64,000 nucleotides of DNA from NCBI GenBank assembly GCA_020634155.1, contig JACKCI010000001.1:982711-1046710 (forward strand). The letters run 5' to 3'. Below the pieces are notes generated by a model, which was not told the origin of the DNA, ran no database searches, and was given only the letters and a program-made list of their open reading frames with translations. This DNA comes from Anaerolineales bacterium. GTDB lineage: Bacteria > Chloroflexota > Anaerolineae > Aggregatilineales > J027. Shown here piece by piece: positions 62,428 to 64,000 of this stretch. Made by a program: the position numbers and the translations under genes. Each line of letters starts with the position of its first letter. The stretch's first letter is position 1.

Positions 62428-62778
62428 GTGAAGAAGAATTTGTTCGTACTCGTCGCTATCGTCTTGATTTTGCCCTTGGTGCTGTCCGCTTGTGGTGGTG
62501 GCCCCGCCAAGAACGCTGAAAATTTCGTCAAAGCCATGAATGATGGTGACCGCGATAAGGCTGAAAAGTACGCCTGCGATGACGATGAATTCAAGACCTT
62601 CATGGATCTGATTTTTGCAGATGGTAACACCAGCAATGCTGAACTCGATGACCTGAAGTGTGAAGAAGACGGCGACAACCGTGTAACATGCACAGGCAAA
62701 TCTAACGGCGAGGAAAGCTCCTTGACCTTCATCATGAAAGACGATAAGGTCTGCGGCTTCGACCTTCCCACCGAGTAA
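62428..62778 (+). CDS. Small acidic lipoprotein, hypothetical
   Basis: GTG start after AAAGGAG. Lipobox LVLSAC. 116 aa. Confidence 0.65.
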   Translation: MKKNLFVLVAIVLILPLVLSACGGGPAKNAENFVKAMNDGDRDKAEKYACDDDEFKTFMDLIFADGNTSNAELDDLKCEEDGDNRVTCTGKSNGEESSLTFIMKDDKVCGFDLPTE

Positions 62779-62798
62779 TTTGTAGCTCAAAAAACAAA

Positions 62799-62829
62799 AC
62801 GCCCGATAGATTACTGTCGGGCGTTTTTC
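62799..62829. terminator. Bidirectional rho-independent terminator between convergent genes
   Basis: ACGCCCGA-(10-nt loop)-TCGGGCGT, flanked by AAAAAACAAA upstream and TTTTTC downstream. Confidence 0.7.
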
Positions 62830-62842
62830 TTTGGCTCCCTAA

Positions 62843-64000
62843 TTATTGAGAAGGTTGGTTCGATTTCTCAAGGCTATCAATAGCTTTCTGAATGCGGGAA
62901 AGGCTCTCCTCTCGCCCCAGCACCGCCATCGATTGAAACAACGGTGGGGAGACCTGTTGAGCCGTCGTCGCCACCCGCAGGATATTGAACACCTGTGATG
63001 CCTTCAAGCCGTTGTCCTCAGCATATTGCCGAATAGCAGCCTCTTGGCTCTCATAAGCGAAATCGACCAGATTGACCAACACATCATAGGCACCCCGTAA
63101 CGCTTGGAGCGTCCCCTCTGCATCCATCTTCTTCTGAATGAGCGCTTCGGGGTCGGTCAATACAAACTCCTCCACCCACAAGAACTGCGTCCACTCAATG
63201 GCTTCTTTGAGAGTTTTGATGCGCTCTTGGATATGCGGCACAATGCCAACCAACTGCTCGATGTTGACCTCAAAGCCTGCATCTTCGAGAAAAGGCTTAA
63301 TCAGTTGAGCCAACCGTAGCGGCTCCATATCCCGAATATAGGTACCATTCATCCAATCCAGCTTATGAATCGGGAAGGCCGACCCCGCTGGATTGACGCG
63401 CCCTAGTTCAAAAGCCTCAATCGCTTCAGCCAGTGTGAAGATTTCGCGGTCATCGCCAAAGCTCCAACCCACCGTGGCAAGGAAGTTATCAATGGCTTCT
63501 GGTAGATAGCCCGCTTCACGAAACTCGTTGAGCAGCACGGGTACCGCCCGCCCATCTTCACTAAAACGTGCCGAGCGCTTGCTCATCTTGCCCTTGCCAT
63601 TGGGGTTGAGCAAGACGGGCAAGTGGGCAATCTGGGGCATTTCCCAGCCGAAAGCCATATAGAGTTGCTTATGAATCGGCGCGGTAGGTATCCACTCCTC
63701 GGCTCGCATGATATGGCTGATTTCCATGGAATGGTCATCGACCACATTCGCCAAATGGTAAGTTGGAAAGCCATCAGATTTCAGCAACACCAAGTCGTTG
63801 AGTTCTTGGTTATCAAAGGTGATGTCGCCCCGCAACAGGTCATGAATCACCGTTTGCCCTTCCAACGGCATCTTGAAGCGAATGACATACTCCCCGCCCG
63901 TTTCATCATGTAGGCGCTGGCGTTCTTCTTCGCTCAAATTGCGGCAATGGCGGTCATAGCCCTGCAAGCGACGGCCTGACTTCTCTGCAATCTCCCGTAC
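62843..64000 (-). CDS. gltX: Glutamate--tRNA ligase, N-terminus beyond window edge
   Basis: GKGKMSKRS (KMSKS loop), VIRFKMP, FPTYHLANVVDDH. The frame stays open from 63967 to nt 64000 (..VREIAEKSGRR-LQGYD..), so the listed M is an internal TTG. Confidence 0.9.
   Translation of the reverse strand, partial: VREIAEKSGRRLQGYDRHCRNLSEEERQRLHDETGGEYVIRFKMPLEGQTVIHDLLRGDITFDNQELNDLVLLKSDGFPTYHLANVVDDHSMEISHIMRAEEWIPTAPIHKQLYMAFGWEMPQIAHLPVLLNPNGKGKMSKRSARFSEDGRAVPVLLNEFREAGYLPEAIDNFLATVGWSFGDDREIFTLAEAIEAFELGRVNPAGSAFPIHKLDWMNGTYIRDMEPLRLAQLIKPFLEDAGFEVNIEQLVGIVPHIQERIKTLKEAIEWTQFLWVEEFVLTDPEALIQKKMDAEGTLQALRGAYDVLVNLVDFAYESQEAAIRQYAEDNGLKASQVFNILRVATTAQQVSPPLFQSMAVLGREESLSRIQKAIDSLEKSNQPSQ

Noticed and set aside
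1-64000. Scanned for CRISPR arrays, rRNA genes, transposases, integrases and prophage structural genes.
   Set aside because: - I recognised no regularly spaced direct repeats with unique spacers.
- I recognised no rRNA signatures.
- I recognised no DDE, serine or tyrosine recombinase motifs in any sizeable ORF.

Overview
The window is a 64-kb bacterial chromosomal segment with dense coding on both strands. I call about 57 protein-coding genes and one tRNA, and found no rRNA, CRISPR array, transposase or integrase by eye. The gene content is several eukaryote-like Ser/Thr kinases, two ECF sigma/anti-sigma pairs, long Thr/Pro-rich linkers in exported proteins, glycoside hydrolases and mid-range GC. 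This suggests a Chloroflexota-like, possibly filamentous, organism; that is inference only.

Most of the window is housekeeping or ordinary backbone: tgt, uppP, miaB, gltX (partial), a YbdK-type ligase, thioredoxin, a Clp/Hsp100 ATPase, GH1/GH53/GH114 enzymes, MFS and ABC transporters.

Four pockets look accessory.

1. 57.1-60.8 kb is my best candidate for an undescribed conflict system.
   - It contains a TIR domain fused to an FGE/SUMF1-type domain.
   - That gene is divergently paired with a DUF4058 protein (restriction-endonuclease-like motifs).
   - A PIN/VapC toxin with an unrecognisable antitoxin follows.
   - A roughly 250-nt ORF-free nested inverted-repeat element lies just 3' of the TIR gene.
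2. 17.7-19.9 kb is an AT-rich islet carrying an AIPR-type abortive-infection gene. The gene starts 22 nt after tRNA-Arg(CCG), with no terminator between them.
3. 27.3-29.7 kb encodes a 624-aa glycine-zipper/coiled-coil/TM-hairpin protein with an LQRxxGNxxVQRLL-type leader motif. A small acidic YbjN/chaperone-like gene follows, translationally coupled to an FGGY kinase.
4. 34.6-39.8 kb is a five-gene ECF-sigma operon that also encodes an anti-sigma-like membrane protein, a peptidase-membrane fusion and an ABC-2 exporter.

All functional calls rest on motifs read from the translations. No database search was run.
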